Source: Macrostomum lignano (Eukaryota). From it: a stretch of 64,000 nt of DNA. The notes under the pieces were generated by a model. It was not told the origin of the DNA. It did not search any database and saw only the letters and a program-made list of their open reading frames with translations. Every line of letters starts with the position of its first letter. The first letter of the stretch is position 1. The position numbers and the translations under genes are program-made. The stretch is taken from the NCBI GenBank assembly GCA_002269645.1, contig NIVC01003661.1:1-64000 (forward strand), in the 5' to 3' direction. Of this stretch, positions 1 to 12,597 are shown piece after piece.

Positions 1-99
1 AGATGATTTTGGCATGCGGCTGCTCAATTCCCCAAATTCGACTCGCGACTGACAGGAGCCAAAAGCGCCAGCCAGCAGACAGTCCATGTCGCTCCGTCC

Positions 100-3000
100 A
101 TGTCTGAGCGGCCTGAGGCGCCTCCTTCACCGCGCCCAGCTCCGCCGCGTCTGTCAATGCTGGCCTGCTTTCTAATTGGAGCTTCGCCCTGGCTCCTGGA
201 TCGACATCAATGGCGTGTTCAACCAGCTGCCGCTGATGGTGAAGAGCCTGCCGGAGGGCTGGTCGCTGCCGTCCTACCTGGCCGTGATTGTGCACTGGGC
301 AACATCGGCCCGGCCGCCTTCCTGTTGGCCAGCCGGCTTAGCCGCGGCAAATTCACTGACCGGGCAGGCGTGTTCGTCATCAATGCGACTGGCGCCGTGG
401 CTTTGCTTGTGCTCGCCTTCGTCTGGCCAATCACCATCGACGGTCGCAGCCTTCCACTCATGCTGGTAGTGCTGACCCTGTCCCTGGTAGACTGCTCCTC
501 CTCTGTTGTCTATCTCAGCTACATGTCCGCCTATCCCACCGCGTATCTGAGCGCCCTGTTACGTTGGCGAAGGAGTTGGCGGACTGATCCCAGGCTGCTG
601 GCATTGATACAGGTGAGTCCATTGACTGGGTCTTGCCGTGATGGTCTGAGTGAGAGCGGAGAGGCAGATTCAAGCACTGGGAAAGAGCGGAGAGGCAGAT
701 TCAAGCACTGGGAGAGAGCGGAGAGGTAGATTCGGGGATTGGGGAGAGCGGAGAGGCAGATTCAAGAACTGGGGAAAGCGGAGAGGCAGATTCAAGCACT
801 GGGGGGGGGGGAGCGGAGAGGTAGATTCGGGGATTGGGAGAGCGGAGAGGCAGATTCAAGAACTGGGGAAAGCGGAGAGGCAGATTCAAGCACTGGGGGG
901 GGGAGCGGAGAGGTAGATTCGGGGATTGGGGAGAGCGGAGAGGCAGATTCAAGAACTGGGGAGAGTGGAGAGGCAGATTAAGGGATTGGGGAGAGCGGAG
1001 AGGCAGATTCAAGCACTGGGGAGAGAGCGGAGAGGCAGATTCAAGCGCTGAGGCAGAGCGGAGAGGCAGATTCAAGCGCTGAGGGAGAGCGGAGAGGCAG
1101 ATTCAAGCGCTGAGCAGAGCGGAGAGGCAGATTCAAGCGCTGAGGCAGAGCGGAGAGGCAGATTCAAGCGCTGAGGCAGAGCGGAGAGGCAGATTCAAGC
1201 GCTGAGGAGAGCGGAGAGGCAGATTCAAGCGCTGAGGGAGAGCGGAGATGCAGATTCAAGCGCTGAGGGAGAGCGGAGATGCAGATTCAAGCGCTGAGGC
1301 AGAGCGGAGAGGCAGATTCAAGCGCTGAGGCAGAGCGGAGAGGCAGATTCAAGCGCTGAGGGAGAGCGGAGAGGCAGATTCAAGCGCTGAGGGAGAGCGG
1401 AGATGCAGATTCAAGCGCTGAGGCAGAGCGGAGAGGCAGATTCAAGCGCTGAGGCAGAGCGGAGAGGCAGATTCAAGCGCTGAGGGAGAGCGGAGAGGCA
1501 GATTCAAGCGCTGAGGGAGAGCGGAGAGGCAGATTCAAGCGCTGAGGAGAGCGGAGAGGCAGATTCAAGCGCTGAGGCAGAGCGGAGATGCAGATTCAAG
1601 CGCTGAGGGAGAGCGGAGATGCAGATTCAAGCGCTGAGGCAGAGCGGAGAGGCAGATTCAAGCGCTGAGGCAGAGCGGAGAGGCAGATTCAAGCGCTGAG
1701 GGAGAGCGGAGAGGCAGATTCAAGCGCTGAGGGAGAGCGGAGATGCAGATTCAAGCGCTGAGGCAGAGCGGAGAGGCAGATTCAAGCGCTGAGGCAGAGC
1801 GGAGAGGCAGATTCAAGCGCTGAGGGAGAGCGGAGATGCAGATTCAAGCGCTGAGGGAGAGCGGAGAGGCAGTATCAAGTTTGCTAACAGGAAATTTGCT
1901 AGCCGAAGCTTGCTAGTAGCTGTCAGTGGCAGTACGAGCCATATATTTATACTCGTACGAATCAAAGCGGCTGATTAACTTGTCGATATGAAAACAAACA
2001 GCAAATAAGAGAACAAGGCAGCAAATTCGGCTAGCAGATTTCGGCAGGCAAATTTCTCGCTAATAAACTTAGGCTAGCAAATCTCATACTATCTGCAGAT
2101 TCAAGTGCGTCAGTATGAGCCTCATAAGTTTATGTATCCAAAAAAGCATTTCACGTGAAGTATTTGGTGTGCTTGATGCTAAGAAAAATTACTGTATTCT
2201 AATGCTTCGCACTTCGCAGCTTATAGAAAGCGGACTGCAGGTCAATCGGCACTGCTATTATGCAGCACTCAGCGGTTAAAGATAAGAATCGCTACAGTCT
2301 GGCCTTGCTGTACAATGAAAAGTCATTTGGTCATTGTATTTAGTCAAGCTTTTTCTTGTAGGCCATAAATATGTTGGCGAAAGTGCGCAGTTCAACGGCT
2401 AAGAACCAAGGCCCCATCGGCATAAGCCATGGCGCACAGGTGCAGCAGCGTATAAGTGCCGCCTTATCGTTATCGAACAGTAATTACTACAAAAAATTTC
2501 AACACAATGAACACACGAAATTGCAATTATATTTTCGATGAAAGCAGAAACTGAGGGTGGGCACCTTCGCTCGCTTTTTGGTTGGTGGGTCTACTTTACC
2601 AAATCAACTCCTTCTCACACTGCTCAATATTGCTACTTATAGTAGGCTACTTTGCACTCTACTTCTCATCCTACCTACTCTTATACCTAGGTTTCTAATT
2701 TCTATGCATATCGGTGCTTAAAAGATAAGCTTGTCTTAAGCTTGTATTGCTCAGGAAACTTTTCTGCCGATATGTATCGAAAAAACAGTTTTTTGATACT
2801 TGCATATTAAAAAGGCCTTTACAAAGTTACCATAAATAGTCCAGAACCGACTGGGCGATAAACTGCTTCAATGTTGAAGCATTAGAACGCCGATATTTTC
2901 TTAGAAAGCCGACCTATTTATCATTCCCAGGGCTCGGGCGGCGCCCCAGAGTGCATCAACGGCACGCATCCGGAGTACGCGCCGCCCCGCTACTCTGTGG

Positions 3001-3959
3001 GCGCATTCTACGGCCTGCTGTGCGGCATGCTCTGCTACAGCCTGCTGGCCTTCTGGCTGCTCACCGCCTGGCCGTTTAAGCTGGCTAATAGGCCGCCATT
3101 GAAGACTGAGCAGCAGCTGGCCGCCTCCGGAGCCCAGGTGGGTGGCTTATCTCAGGTTTAATCGGCGTTTAGACAATGAAAAGTAGGAGGATGAGAAACT
3201 ACTGAGAAGAACTTTATAATATCAGAAACATTTTCCCGAGCTTTATCCGGGTACATCACGAACCGAAGTAATTTCCGGTTGAGCTACCGGATGTAGTTGA
3301 CCCTGCGGTAATTTGACTCCAAGACTGTGCTTGCAGCGATTCAACCCCCCCCCATTCAGGTATCCCCTCAGCCCGATGCCAGCCATCGCAACACCCCGGA
3401 CGAGACCACCAGCCTTCGGCAGCCTCGCCGAAGCGGCAGCGCACCCAATCGCGCCTTCCTGCTCTGCCTGGTGGCCCTGCTGAACGCCTGGGGCACCGGC
3501 CTGCTGCCCTCGTTGCAGTCCTACTCTGCCCTGCCATACGGCTACAGCGCCTACCACCTGGCCGTGACCCTGGCCAACCTGGCCAACCCCCTGGCCTGCT
3601 TTGCCACCTTTGCCTGGCGGGCCCGGACTGCCCGCAGCCTGCTGGCTCTGGTGGCCGCCGGCTGTCTGGCCAGCGGCTACGTCACCACGCTGGCCGCCAT
3701 GTCACCGACGCCGCCTCTGCTGCACGGCGGCCTTGGCGCCGCCCTCATGATCATCGGCTGGACAGCCGCGTCGGGGCTGTTCAGCTTCGCCAAGGCCTGC
3801 ATCGCTGCCAGCGTCAGCGAGGGCGGTAGCAGCGGCGAGGGCCGACGCTGGCTGCGTCTGACTGGCGTCGCCACGCAGGCTGGCGCGGCAGTCGGCGCGG
3901 TGGTTGGCTTCCTGCTCAGCGTGGTGTTCGGCGTGCTTAAGGATGCGCCGCCCTGCTAG
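100..3959 (+). CDS. SLC52A: Riboflavin transporter, SLC52A/GPR172 family; exons ~100-612, 2931-3137, 3360(or 3372)-3959; exon 1 has at least 4 frame switches
   Basis: Family motifs [58 protein letters not shown]...[45 protein letters not shown]. Donors at 613 (GTGAGT) and 3138 (GTGGGT), acceptor CAG at 2930, phase 0. Could be a pseudogene or contain consensus errors. Confidence 0.9.
652..1872. repeat. 31-bp minisatellite GAGAGCGGAGAGGCAGATTCAAGCGCTGAGG in SLC52A intron 1
   Basis: Direct tandem copies visible; the 5' copies are more degenerate. Confidence 0.95.
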
Positions 3960-4357
3960 CAGGTTGTTGAGTAAATGTATCGCTAGAGCATCCGCAAGAT
4001 ACCGGCTGAAACCAGGCTGCTGCTGTCTGCCCTGTCATCTCTGAGAACCGCCTTGAATTCTCGTTCAAATCAAACCTTATCTTAATCTGTTAAATATGAG
4101 CTAGCTTTGCTTGCAATCCATTGCTTTTTTTCTATTTATTTTCTTAGAACTGTTTAGAAAAACCCTTACTCACCTACTAGCCGTTGTTAGTAGCTGATTG
4201 CGCGCATAAAATCGCAAATAGTTCAATAATTATTTGATTTGATTTTTAAAGCTTTTTTTACATAGTCAATCAATAATTCTATTATTTGCTTTCAGAATTC
4301 TCTGGTGCTGTATCGCTGTTGATTTTTCTATAACTTGACTGCTTCCGTCCATTTTAA

Positions 4358-4530
4358 GATGTATTGTATCTAGATGAGATGTATTGTATCTAGATGAGAT
4401 GTATTGTATCTAGATGAGATGTATTGTATCTAGATGAGATGTATTGTATCTAGATGAGATGTATTGTATCTAGATGAGATGTATTGTATCTAGATGAGAT
4501 GTATTGTATCTAGATGAGATGTATTGTATC
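4358..4530. repeat. 20-bp tandem repeat GATGTATTGTATCTAGATGA (~8.5 copies)
   Basis: Perfect tandem copies. Confidence 0.95.
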
Positions 4531-4881
4531 GCTGCTTGGATTAGAAATATATATGCATGAATGTGTCAGGATTCTGCTTGTATATGACTATCAGTAAATT
4601 TTGTACTTTTTCTGGGACACTCTTCCACAGTGGTATGCAATATATTTGGCCGACACGCACAGACTAGCTGTTCTCAGCAGGGTTCCCTCCTACTCTTACG
4701 AGATGCTTCTCTTGTAAGATTTAGTTTATCCCAGCTTTTATTCCTAGGCAGCATCCCGCCTGCTTCATCAATAATTTTATGGCCGGACTGGGATTTTCGG
4801 TTGCCAGTTTTTGTAGCGCATCCGCGGTAGTGCAAAGCTGTGTAGAAAATGCAGATTTTATGTGCACAGATTGCAGCTGGG

Positions 4882-5550
4882 CTACTCGAATCGAGTGCAG
4901 GCCGGGTTGACCAGAACTGATGCTGGTGACTCGGCCGGGACCGGATTCGGGTGGCGGTTCCGCTGGTGTCCGGGTGAATTCCGGGTTTTGTTGGAATTCG
5001 AATTCGGATTTGGATTCAAATTAGAAGTAGAATTCGGATTCGGGCTGGCGACGGCCGTCATGAGAGGCAGCTGGGCGGCCAGCCGCCTGTGCAGTCGCAG
5101 GCTGACCAGCCGCAGGCGGCAGGCCACGGCTTGGGCGGCCAGCAGCAGCCCCAGGGCGCCGAACAGCAACAGTGGCGTGCCGATCAGCCAGTCGAGATTG
5201 GCAGACGCGTCCAGCTGCCCGATGTCATCCAGCCGGGGGTCCCTCGCCCTGGCCAGGCCGTAGGTGAGGCCGCCGATCAGCGCTGCGGCTGCGAGAGCCA
5301 ACAGGCATCGGCGGAGTCGAACCCAGGCCATCAAGCTGGGCTGCAACTGACAGGCCAGGCCGAGTCGAACACGCTGAAGCTCGTCGGCGCAACCTGGTGC
5401 TGCCTCTAGCTGGGCGATGCGGCGAAGGTGATTGCTACAGTGTTCGAGGACGGCGATGCCCGCTGCTTCTGTTGCAGCCTCGGAGAACGCGACGAAGGCC
5501 AGGCGAGGCAGCGAAGACGCGTCGGTGGTCGGCCGGCGTCGTCTGCCCAT
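4882..5550 (-). CDS. Hypothetical 222-aa protein with two hydrophobic segments and a Pro/Asn-rich tail
   Basis: GC-rich ORF with TM-like stretches CLLALAAAALIGGLTYGLA and WLIGTPLLLFGALGLLLAAQAVA. No family recognised; the start is uncertain. Confidence 0.45.
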   Translation of the reverse strand: MGRRRRPTTDASSLPRLAFVAFSEAATEAAGIAVLEHCSNHLRRIAQLEAAPGCADELQRVRLGLACQLQPSLMAWVRLRRCLLALAAAALIGGLTYGLARARDPRLDDIGQLDASANLDWLIGTPLLLFGALGLLLAAQAVACRLRLVSLRLHRRLAAQLPLMTAVASPNPNSTSNLNPNPNSNSNKTRNSPGHQRNRHPNPVPAESPASVLVNPACTRFE

Positions 5551-7144
5551 CCTATTCTTCCGTCAGTGGACTCTGTTCTACTTTCCATGGATTCTTTTAT
5601 CCAAGGATTCAATTCCAACTACTGCTCTGCCAGTAGCTTCTGTTGCTCCGTCAGATTCTGTTGGTTTGATATCGTTCTCCGTCCGTGAACGTTATAAGTC
5701 TAATTAAAGCTTACTTTATTCCTCCATGTAACATTACTGCTTTTTATATTATTACATCCGGACTTCTTCCAATGCCAGCAAATCAGAGAAACATCACATT
5801 GTGTGGCGATCCCATTTACAGTGTTGCTGTGTTGCTGCCGAATGCTCTGCGGGCCAATGAAATTCCAGCATAATGTCAGTTAGTTGTTCAGCCCATTAGC
5901 ACGCAGGACTGTCAAGACACTCAACGACTGCTTCAAGAAGGTAGGATTTTATTGTCAATAGAAAACTTGGTGTGTTCCTACCTTTGGCCACCTTGTCAAC
6001 ACGATAAAAACTTGTCTTTGAGGTTAGCTGCATGACGAATTGGAATGAAAAGTCAGGCGATGCTTAATCAAGAGAGACTGGGCAGAGCATGGCATGAAAA
6101 GTTGGGGGGATAAGAAATCTTGATCTATCTGGTTTAGTGTGATATCTGAATTGCAAGTTTATTGAAGAATTCGTCCTCCCTTGGTAACTGCGTAGAGTTG
6201 TCAATCTTGGTGGGTATGTCCAAAAACGAATACGGAAAAAACTCCTTTTTGCTGCAACGTTTTACACAAAGTACGAGCTGTGACATTATTTATTCTGTTT
6301 CAACATCTGCTTCTGTCAATTCGCGTAGGCCGTAGGGTATCTGCAGTGGCACCAACGGTACGGAACTGCGCCGGTGATCCCTACAAGACCACAAAGATGT
6401 TCCAGGTCGCAAACTCGCACGTTCCATTAGAAATGGTAAGAGTTGAAAAATATTGAATTTTGAATTTTACAACAACAACAACAACAAAGCTTGAATTTTC
6501 AAGGCTCGTTCGCCCTACAATCAACTCACAACAAATCACCCATCAATTACCACTTAGTCTTTGCCATATGACACTCGTACCCAATTGTGGAGCGCCTGGT
6601 CTCAAAAAGTGAACTGCCTGACGGACGAACTGGTGAAGGAGTTCACAACTTTGCGAGTGCAGGCATGTTAATCTTTTTTATCAAATGAATTCTGCTCTGT
6701 AAAAGAGACCAAGATGTCTTTCCTTTTAAGCATCAGCAGAACAACCTCCGGGGACGTGGCCGGTGCAGAGGGTGTGTGGTATACGGTAATCCGGGCGATT
6801 AGAACAAATACTCATACACATTATATTTCACTTCTGTTACTTATTCTGCTTATACTCAAAGAATATACTGTTAGTGCTCTTGGATACCGATTACATGTAC
6901 GTTCTGATGCTGCGTCAAAAATTGCGGATAATAAACATCAGAAGCCCTGTCTTTCGCCTTGGTTGAATAGAAATCGACTAGTGGGGGCGGCCGGCTGCGC
7001 CCGCCATTGGAGAGTTATGGGAGGTGGCAGGCTTGCGGCAAGGGTGAGCCAGAAGTGCGGAACTGTTGTAGTGAGGAAAAATCATTTGAAAATACATTAG
7101 AAGCCCCATTTCAAAGTTAAGTTAAGAGGGTGTGCAAAAAAGTC

Positions 7145-7355
7145 ATACTACTGGGCAGTACGACTCGGCGCGGATGATGTGGCCTGCCAGCTGATGTCGC
7201 CGACGGCGACGCGACAAGTCGCTTGGAGAAGGGCCAGGCCGGCGCCATACAGCACCACATTTATCGCTCGCTCGCTCGTCCGTCAGCGTCCAGGTCTCGG
7301 CGTAGAGTAGAGCAAGCCGCATTGAAATGCCCCATGACAGAGCGGCAGTCTCCAA
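7145..7355 (-). mobile_element. Degraded non-LTR retrotransposon (RTE-like) fragment, post-RT C-terminal region
   Basis: Motifs LLYAETWTLT and RRRRHQLAGHIIRAESYCP resemble the LLYG.ETWTL / RR.L..AGH..R region of RTE-type LINEs. Confidence 0.6.
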
Positions 7356-8091
7356 CAGTCAGCAAATGAACGAATGCTTAGTGAGCTACATTGGCCGAAT
7401 TGATAAGGACTGAATATTCTACACGCCCGTGTCAGGCCTTATGCAGTCATATCTCTCACGGTATCGAAATTGCACAAAACATTCTCCCATGTCGTGCTGG
7501 ACGACTTTTCCTCTGGAAATTGGAGCGAAACTGAGCGGGCAGGCCTTTTGACCCAGACTGCCTCCCTGAGGGATTGCAATTTGCAATTTTGCAATTTCAA
7601 TTCAGGATCTCTTCCTCTGTGTCAGGCTCAGACTGACTGCAATCCTGCATTGCCTTTGGCTCCACGTTTCTGGGGTTCTGAAATCGATAGATCAGAAAGA
7701 TCCTATATCCCTAAGCCTGGATTCCCTGCACTCAGGAGTATCCAAAATGAAATTAAACGCGCTTTTTAAGAATTCCCAACCGTTTTAGCGGTGGTCTCTG
7801 GGGGAATCTCGAATCTTCGGCCCTAAGTGATCCTTTCCAAAATCGATTTAGCACCCTTTCTTAGACCTCCAAGATTAAAAGGAATCTTTTATTATATATA
7901 GGTTTTTCCAAGAAACAAAAAGTGTTCCACTTGTGCCTTTAGAATTGCAGTCTGTATTTACACAGGAAGTGTATTCTGTTCTGCGTTATTCTAATTAACA
8001 TCTTGACAACAATAAATAACATCAATATAATATTTCACCGAACGACACATTTTAAGGTGAAAGAGTAAAAACGTGCTAAACTTTAGGAGCA

Positions 8092-8400
8092 TCATTTTGT
8101 CGGCAGTCAAATTGTCGGCAGTCATTTTGTCGGCAGTCAAATTGTCGGCAGTCAAATTGTCGGCAGTCAAATTGTCGGCAGTCAAATTGTCGGCAGTCAT
8201 TTTGTCGGCAGTCAAATTGTCGGCAGTCAAATTGTCGGCAGTCATTTTGTCGGCAGTCAAATTGTCGGCAGTCAAATTGTCGGCAGTCAAATTGTCGGCA
8301 GTCAAATTGTCGGCAGTCATTTTGCTGGCAGTCAATTGTCGGTCGGCAGTCATTTTGTCCGCTTGACCGCAGTCAATTGTCCGCTTGACCGCAGTCAATC
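8092..8400. repeat. 15-bp tandem repeat TGTCGGCAGTCAAAT
   Basis: About 20 copies; accounts for ORFs 7991-8398 and 8073-8366. Confidence 0.95.
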
Positions 8401-8689
8401 GACCGAAAGCGTTGCGCCATGGTGACCACAGCGCTCTTGCGGATATTGCTTTTTTGGTCTATACCCGACATTTCTTAAATTTGATTGTTTGCAAAGTTTT
8501 TTTCTAAAATTACCCTGATTCATTTACTGTCAGTAGAGTGAGTTGCTCTTACATTCACTTGCTCTTTCGCGCGTAGCCTCACGATGACGGTCTCTAAAGG
8601 TGAACGCAAAAATGTGGTGATTCTTACCTGAGTTAAATTTCTTTGCTTAGATTTGAAAGTAAAATTCAGGTAAATTTGCTCGCTTGGCA

Positions 8690-9560
8690 AGTAAGATTGG
8701 CAAGTAAGACGGAATGAGAGGCTTGATGAGGGAATCCAGATACTTGGCCAGCTCATATTCAGCGGTGTTAATCATAGACGATTGGTCTAAGAGGTTTTCA
8801 GGTTTATGAACCTTACAGAACCCCGTAAAGCTCATGGATAAAAGCACTTACCAGCACATCCTGCCCAGTGGGAGCCAACTTGGTCAGCTCTACGGGGTCT
8901 GTGAGGTTCATAAACCTGAAAAACCTCTGGTCATCTTTCGTTCTGCTAAGGTTGACAACTTTGTCGGTCGGTTGAAGTCACGTGTTCCCTGTGCTCTTCG
9001 TGCTGGTGTCGTTTATCAGTTCAACTGCTCTGATGACCAGAGCGTCTACTACGTGGGGAAGACAAAAAGGCACCTGCACACTAGAATCAGGGAGCACTGG
9101 CTGAAACCGTCGGCTTTACAAAACCACTCTTAGAGTGTAATTGTTGCTCCAACTGCAAACCCGAAGAGCGCTTCAAAGTCGTTGCTCAATGCTCATTTGA
9201 CTCCAAACTCCAGATACTTGAAGCGCTGTACATTAAAGCGCATTCCCCCAACCTCAACACTCAACTCCAACACAGTGGCGCGGGACATGTTCTCCGTGTG
9301 TTCTGAGGGAGGGGACACTGGATGTACATTATATACTTCTAACTATATCGCTATCATTCCGTCCCTGGACTTTGCCGCTCGACTTTTGGACCAACAAACC
9401 TGTACTTCAAATATTATTTATTTACTGCCGATCTCACTCGTTTCTTTCGCTCAAAAATAAACCTGAAGATGCACAGTATCGTGCGAAACGCGTCGTTAAA
9501 TTAAATTTATTTATTGTTGATTTTTGTCTTCCTATTCATCTTTGCTTAGAAATTGGCGAG
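8690..9560 (+). mobile_element. Rearranged Penelope-like element remnant: RT N-terminus, GIY-YIG endonuclease and pLTR
   Basis: + strand: LPSGSQLGQLYG.C.VHKPE, then VVYQFNC...YVGKTKRHLHTRIREH and, after a frameshift, ILEALYIK..P.LNTQ (stop 9304-9306). The - strand at 8690-8832 continues the RT (KVHKPE...INTAEYELAKYLDSLIKP). Confidence 0.85.
9455..9502 (+). ncRNA. Minimal type-I hammerhead ribozyme motif in the Penelope pLTR
   Basis: CTGAAGA (9463-9469), stem II GCAC/GTGC with an AGTATC loop, GAAAC-GC-GTC (predicted cleavage after C9494), short stem I AAC/GTT. Confidence 0.75.
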
Positions 9561-11149
9561 TATCGTGACAGCCGGGTGCTCCTTACTCGTACGTATTGAG
9601 ACATTTCCGCTAGCAGAGCAATTTAAGAAAAAAGATATATTTTTTAATAATCTGCCTTGAAAGAAGACGGAGGAAGTCGCTCGCAGATGATTAGTTGGGG
9701 GGAGACTGGCTGTATCTGGGAATAGACCTTGATGAAGTGCAGGCAGCTTAAATTTGGCTAATCTGCGAAAAAATGAGCGCGGAATAGCTGGGGAGAAGGA
9801 CGCGCGGACTCGAGGCTGCCTGCGAAAGAGATCGGGGCCATGCAGATCCGTGCGGGTCTACAGCCCGGCCGAGGAGTTTTAAGACGAGACATCCGGACTC
9901 GCAACTCTTTCACTGTCTTTTTTACTCTGAAGTCAGGCTCCGCACACGCTCACGGATGTGCAGGCTTGTACAGCGTCCCCGACTGTAGAGCGAATATAAT
10001 TACGAGCTATTTGTACCTTCGGGGTTGGCATGAACGTCACGCGACAAGCCCCTGGTCGATTTCCGCGCTCTGCTACTAAAACTGAGAAATGATTTGTGAA
10101 TTTCTGTTCAGTGAAGACCAAAGGATGTTCCGCTAAAAGCGATTGAACTGTGGTTGAACTTTAAATTTTTGTTGATCAATCCTGCTTTGAAGTTGGCCAG
10201 TGAGTCAGATCTCTGAATTTTCCACTGTGCTGCAGACAAAGCTAAAGCGAACTGCTTCCGGTGTTCTCTTGTAAGAAACGAAGGTTTCAGGGGTGCAGTT
10301 TGCCAGTCCAGAGATTTCAGTTCAAGTACGCCTTGGCCGCGCTCTCGCCCTCAGCTCAAGGCTGCTTCATCAACTTATTCAGCTTCCGCATCGCCCCGCC
10401 CTGTCTGTGTGTCAGCGAATGACTTGATGCGGGCAGAACCGAATTCACATGCAACTGTAGACCCCCGTCTCTGATCCAGCTTCCGAATACAAGACAGCTT
10501 CATCAGGCCTTACTCAAGTCTGCCTTTCTTGTCATTAGTTTTGCTGCTGCTGCAGTTTTCGATTTTCTTGCTTCTTTTTCGACACCATCAGGTGAGGGCT
10601 GGGTCATTTTCGGCTGCTGTTTGTGAAAGGGCTGAAAAATTATAATATAGGGGACATTGTTTACAGTAACTGCATCTGGCCAGCATCCAGTTGAATTCTC
10701 GGCTGTTCTGACATGGAGATTTATTGATCTGCTCTTATGAAAATATTTTGCTCCTTGTGCGCCAGGAAAGAATAAATGGGGGCGTGGGGGATCAAAATCA
10801 CCTGATTGAGATTGGGATTCGAGTTTATCGGGGTGGGGATTCGAGTTTATTGGGGTGGGGATTAAAGTGAACAGTATTTTTAGGCTAGAAGGCAAGGTAG
10901 ACGCTGGTACGAGATTAGAAAAGAAGTAGAAGACAAAATCGCTGAGTGAAATCGTGCAAAAAAGGGGAATATTTTGCAGGCTAGAAGAGCAGCCTCTCCG
11001 CTATACGAAAAAGCAGTCACGAAAGCTGAGGCAGAAAAACTCAAATTTCTTTAAAACTGAAAAACAGAAATTCGAATCAAAAAGATTATTCAGCTACACG
11101 GGTTTGCGATCTGAAAAAAAATAGACATCCAGGTTTTGACATCCAGGAT

Positions 11150-11360
11150 TCCGTTCCTGATCCCGCATCCCGATCCCACATCCCAATCCCACATCCCGAT
11201 CCCGCATCCCGATCCCGCATCCCGATCCCACATCCCAATCCCACATCCCGATCCCACATCCCGATCCCACATCCCGATCCCACATCCCGACCCCGCATCC
11301 CGGTCCCGCATCTCAATCCCACATCCCGATCCCACACCCCGATTGGGATCCCGATCTCGA
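11150..11360. repeat. Short-period (ATCCCG/ATCCCAC) repeat; similar tract at 12185-12245
   Basis: Visible low-complexity array. Confidence 0.9.
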
Positions 11361-11396
11361 TTTCGCTTTCCGATCCAACGTCCCCATCCCCGGGGG

Positions 11397-12180
11397 CATC
11401 ACAAACGCGAAAAATCACAACTCGGAAAAGCGCTTTCCATCATAAACCCGAAATATCATAAACCCGAAATATCATAAACCCGAAATATCATAAACCCGAA
11501 ATATCATAAACCCGAAATATCATAAACCCGAAATATCATAAACCCGAAATATCATAAACCCGAAATATCATAAACCCGAAATATAATAAACCCGAAATAT
11601 CATAAACCCGAAATATCATAAACCCGAAATATCATAAACCCGAAATATCATAAACCCGAAATATTATAAACCCGAAGTATCATAAACCCGAAATATCATA
11701 AACCCGAAATATCATAAACCCGAAATATCATAAACCCGAAATATCATAAACCCGAAATATCATAAACCCGAAATATCATAAACCCGAAATATCATAAACC
11801 CGAAATATCATAAACCCGAAATATCATAAACCCGAAATATCATAAACCCGAAATATCATAAACCCGAAATATCATAAACCCGAAATATCATAAACCCGAA
11901 ATATCATAAACCCGAAATATCATAAACCCGAAATATCATAAACCCGAAATATCATAAACCCGAAATATCATAAACCCGAAATATCATAAACCCGAAATAT
12001 CACAAGCCCGAAATATCATAAACCCGAAATATCATAAACCCGAAATATCACAAGCCCGAAATATCATAACTCCGAAAGTTCTAGCAATGTCCAACACTAT
12101 TTTGGTTTTCGAAGTTATGATATTTCGGGTTTGTGATGGGAAGTGCTTTCGGAGTTGTGATTTTTCGGGTTTATGATGGC
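11397..12180. mobile_element. Foldback/MITE-like element with long inverted arms; left arm expanded by a 16-bp repeat AAACCCGAAATATCAT
   Basis: 12107-12180 is the reverse complement of 11397-11460 plus 12061-12077, around a ~30-nt spacer. About 39 copies of the 16-mer at 11437-12070. No transposase. Confidence 0.6.
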
Positions 12181-12597
12181 GACCCCCGATCCCGCATGCA
12201 GCATCCCGATCCCGCATCCCAATCCAGCATCCCGATCCCGCAACCCAATGGAAAGTAACCAAAAAACGGCTGGCTTTTACTCGAGCAGAATTTCTACTCG
12301 TATTTTCGAGCCAATCCTGATAATTCTGTTTAATGGGCGGCCCAATTGCGACTTTTCGCCATCAGCGCTTAATAATTGATGGCTCCGCCATGCACTACTA
12401 CCCCGTGTGCATTAGCCGCAGCACTTTCTTTGCTGTAAAAATGTGCTGCAGATGACCCTGAGGACCAGATGTTTACAATGCAGTCAGAGACGAGACCTGC
12501 TAAACGCCTGTGAGCGCTTTTTTGCATGGCAGACGCGCTGCCCCTCGCTTCGGCACAGATCTAACCGCTGCTGTCGCCAAGCTCCGCCCCGACTGGA

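Noticed and set aside
6330-6790. Possible + strand exons (PYDTRTQLWSAWSQKVNCLTDELVKEF...)
   Set aside because: In-frame stop, no recognisable family and no consistent gene model.
10140-10895. Short - strand open frames
   Set aside because: No motif, interrupted frames, no splice chain found.
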